From: an uncultured delta proteobacterium
Lineage (GTDB): Bacteria > Myxococcota_A > Polyangia > Polyangiales > Houyiibacteriaceae
NCBI GenBank assembly: GCA_963768985.1
Contig: CAVYJZ010000006.1
Location: 333,702-397,701, forward strand
DNA length: 64,000 bases
Direction: 5' to 3'
Below the pieces are notes generated by a model that saw nothing but the letters and a program-made list of their open reading frames with translations, ran no database searches and had not been told where the DNA came from. The stretch's first letter is position 1. Each line of letters begins with the position of its first letter. A program made the translations under genes and the position numbers. This document shows positions 63,828 through 64,000 of this stretch, piece after piece.

Positions 63828-64000
63828 GACTCGGCGCTCAGCACGAGATCAGGGGGAAGCTCGCATGCAACCCCCACGCCGAGAACCTCCTTGATGTGCT
63901 CGACCGCAGCGAATGCGCCCATGACGAGAGCGGCAGGCTCCCGCAGGGCTGGCGAGCCGGCAAACCGCATCACGTCACCGCTCCCGGGGACGCGGGCCTC
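63824..64000 (-). CDS. 3' end of an unidentified ORF (truncated by window edge)
   Basis: Hand translation of the minus strand gives ...GSGDVMRFAGSPALREPAALVMGAFAAVEHIKEVLGVGVACELPPDLVLSAES with stop TGA at 63824-63826, overlapping the cysM ATGATG. GC3-rich codons. It does not end in Gly-Gly. Confidence 0.3.
   Translation of the reverse strand, partial: EARVPGSGDVMRFAGSPALREPAALVMGAFAAVEHIKEVLGVGVACELPPDLVLSAES

Noticed and set aside
1-64000. Search for CRISPR arrays, IS elements, integrases, phage genes or genomic-island boundaries
   Set aside because: No spaced direct repeats, transposase, integrase or recombinase-like translation was seen. The only tandem repeat is the 54-nt one at 61328-61381. 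The only clear compositional dip is the 95-nt spacer at 38247-38341. A computational repeat or GC-skew scan would still be needed for certainty.
63824-64000. Upstream partial ORF as the CysO/ThiS-like sulfur carrier of the JAB-CysM module
   Set aside because: The hand-translated C-terminus ends ...PPDLVLSAES with no Gly-Gly at or near the end, and the visible 58 residues do not resemble a beta-grasp carrier. Its identity stays unknown.

Overview
This is a very GC-rich, gene-dense chromosomal segment. Its gene content suggests Myxococcota: Glt/Nfs-like proteins, a Myxococcus-type Cys-rich repeat lipoprotein, several sigma-54 activators and an ECF sigma factor. I support about 60 protein-coding genes on both strands, many joined by ATGA/TAATG/GTGA start-stop overlaps. 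I found no rRNA, tRNA, CRISPR array, transposase or integrase.

Housekeeping genes include ogt (5' partial), valS, trmB, an RpoD-family sigma factor, ptrB, dacB, a family-4 uracil-DNA glycosylase and a PP2C phosphatase. The rpsP-KH-rimM-trmD-(SPOUT)-rplS operon and a JAB/CysM sulfur-carrier-type cysteine module are also present.

The stand-out region is about 26.6-47.0 kb. An ECF sigma/anti-sigma pair sits divergent to a seven-gene, translationally coupled operon of secreted TPR and TonB-C-like proteins. The gene order and sizes of that operon mirror gltD-E-F-G / nfsD-E-F-G of Myxococcus xanthus. It is followed by an AT-rich gap carrying a consensus sigma-70 promoter, an outer-membrane beta-barrel gene overlapping a short Wza-type exporter gene, and a convergent four-gene nucleotide-sugar operon. 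I read this as a candidate integrated system that exports a surface polysaccharide and deposits it on the cell surface, but that reading is inference.

Other notable items:
- an ABC exporter broken by three frameshifts
- a HAD-UbiA fusion
- an internally duplicated Cys-rich lipoprotein
- an orphan ArsS-type radical SAM gene
- a metallophosphatase-like/tetraheme cytochrome fusion
- two kinase-less sigma-54 activators

All calls come from reading the translations and sequence by eye. No database search was run.
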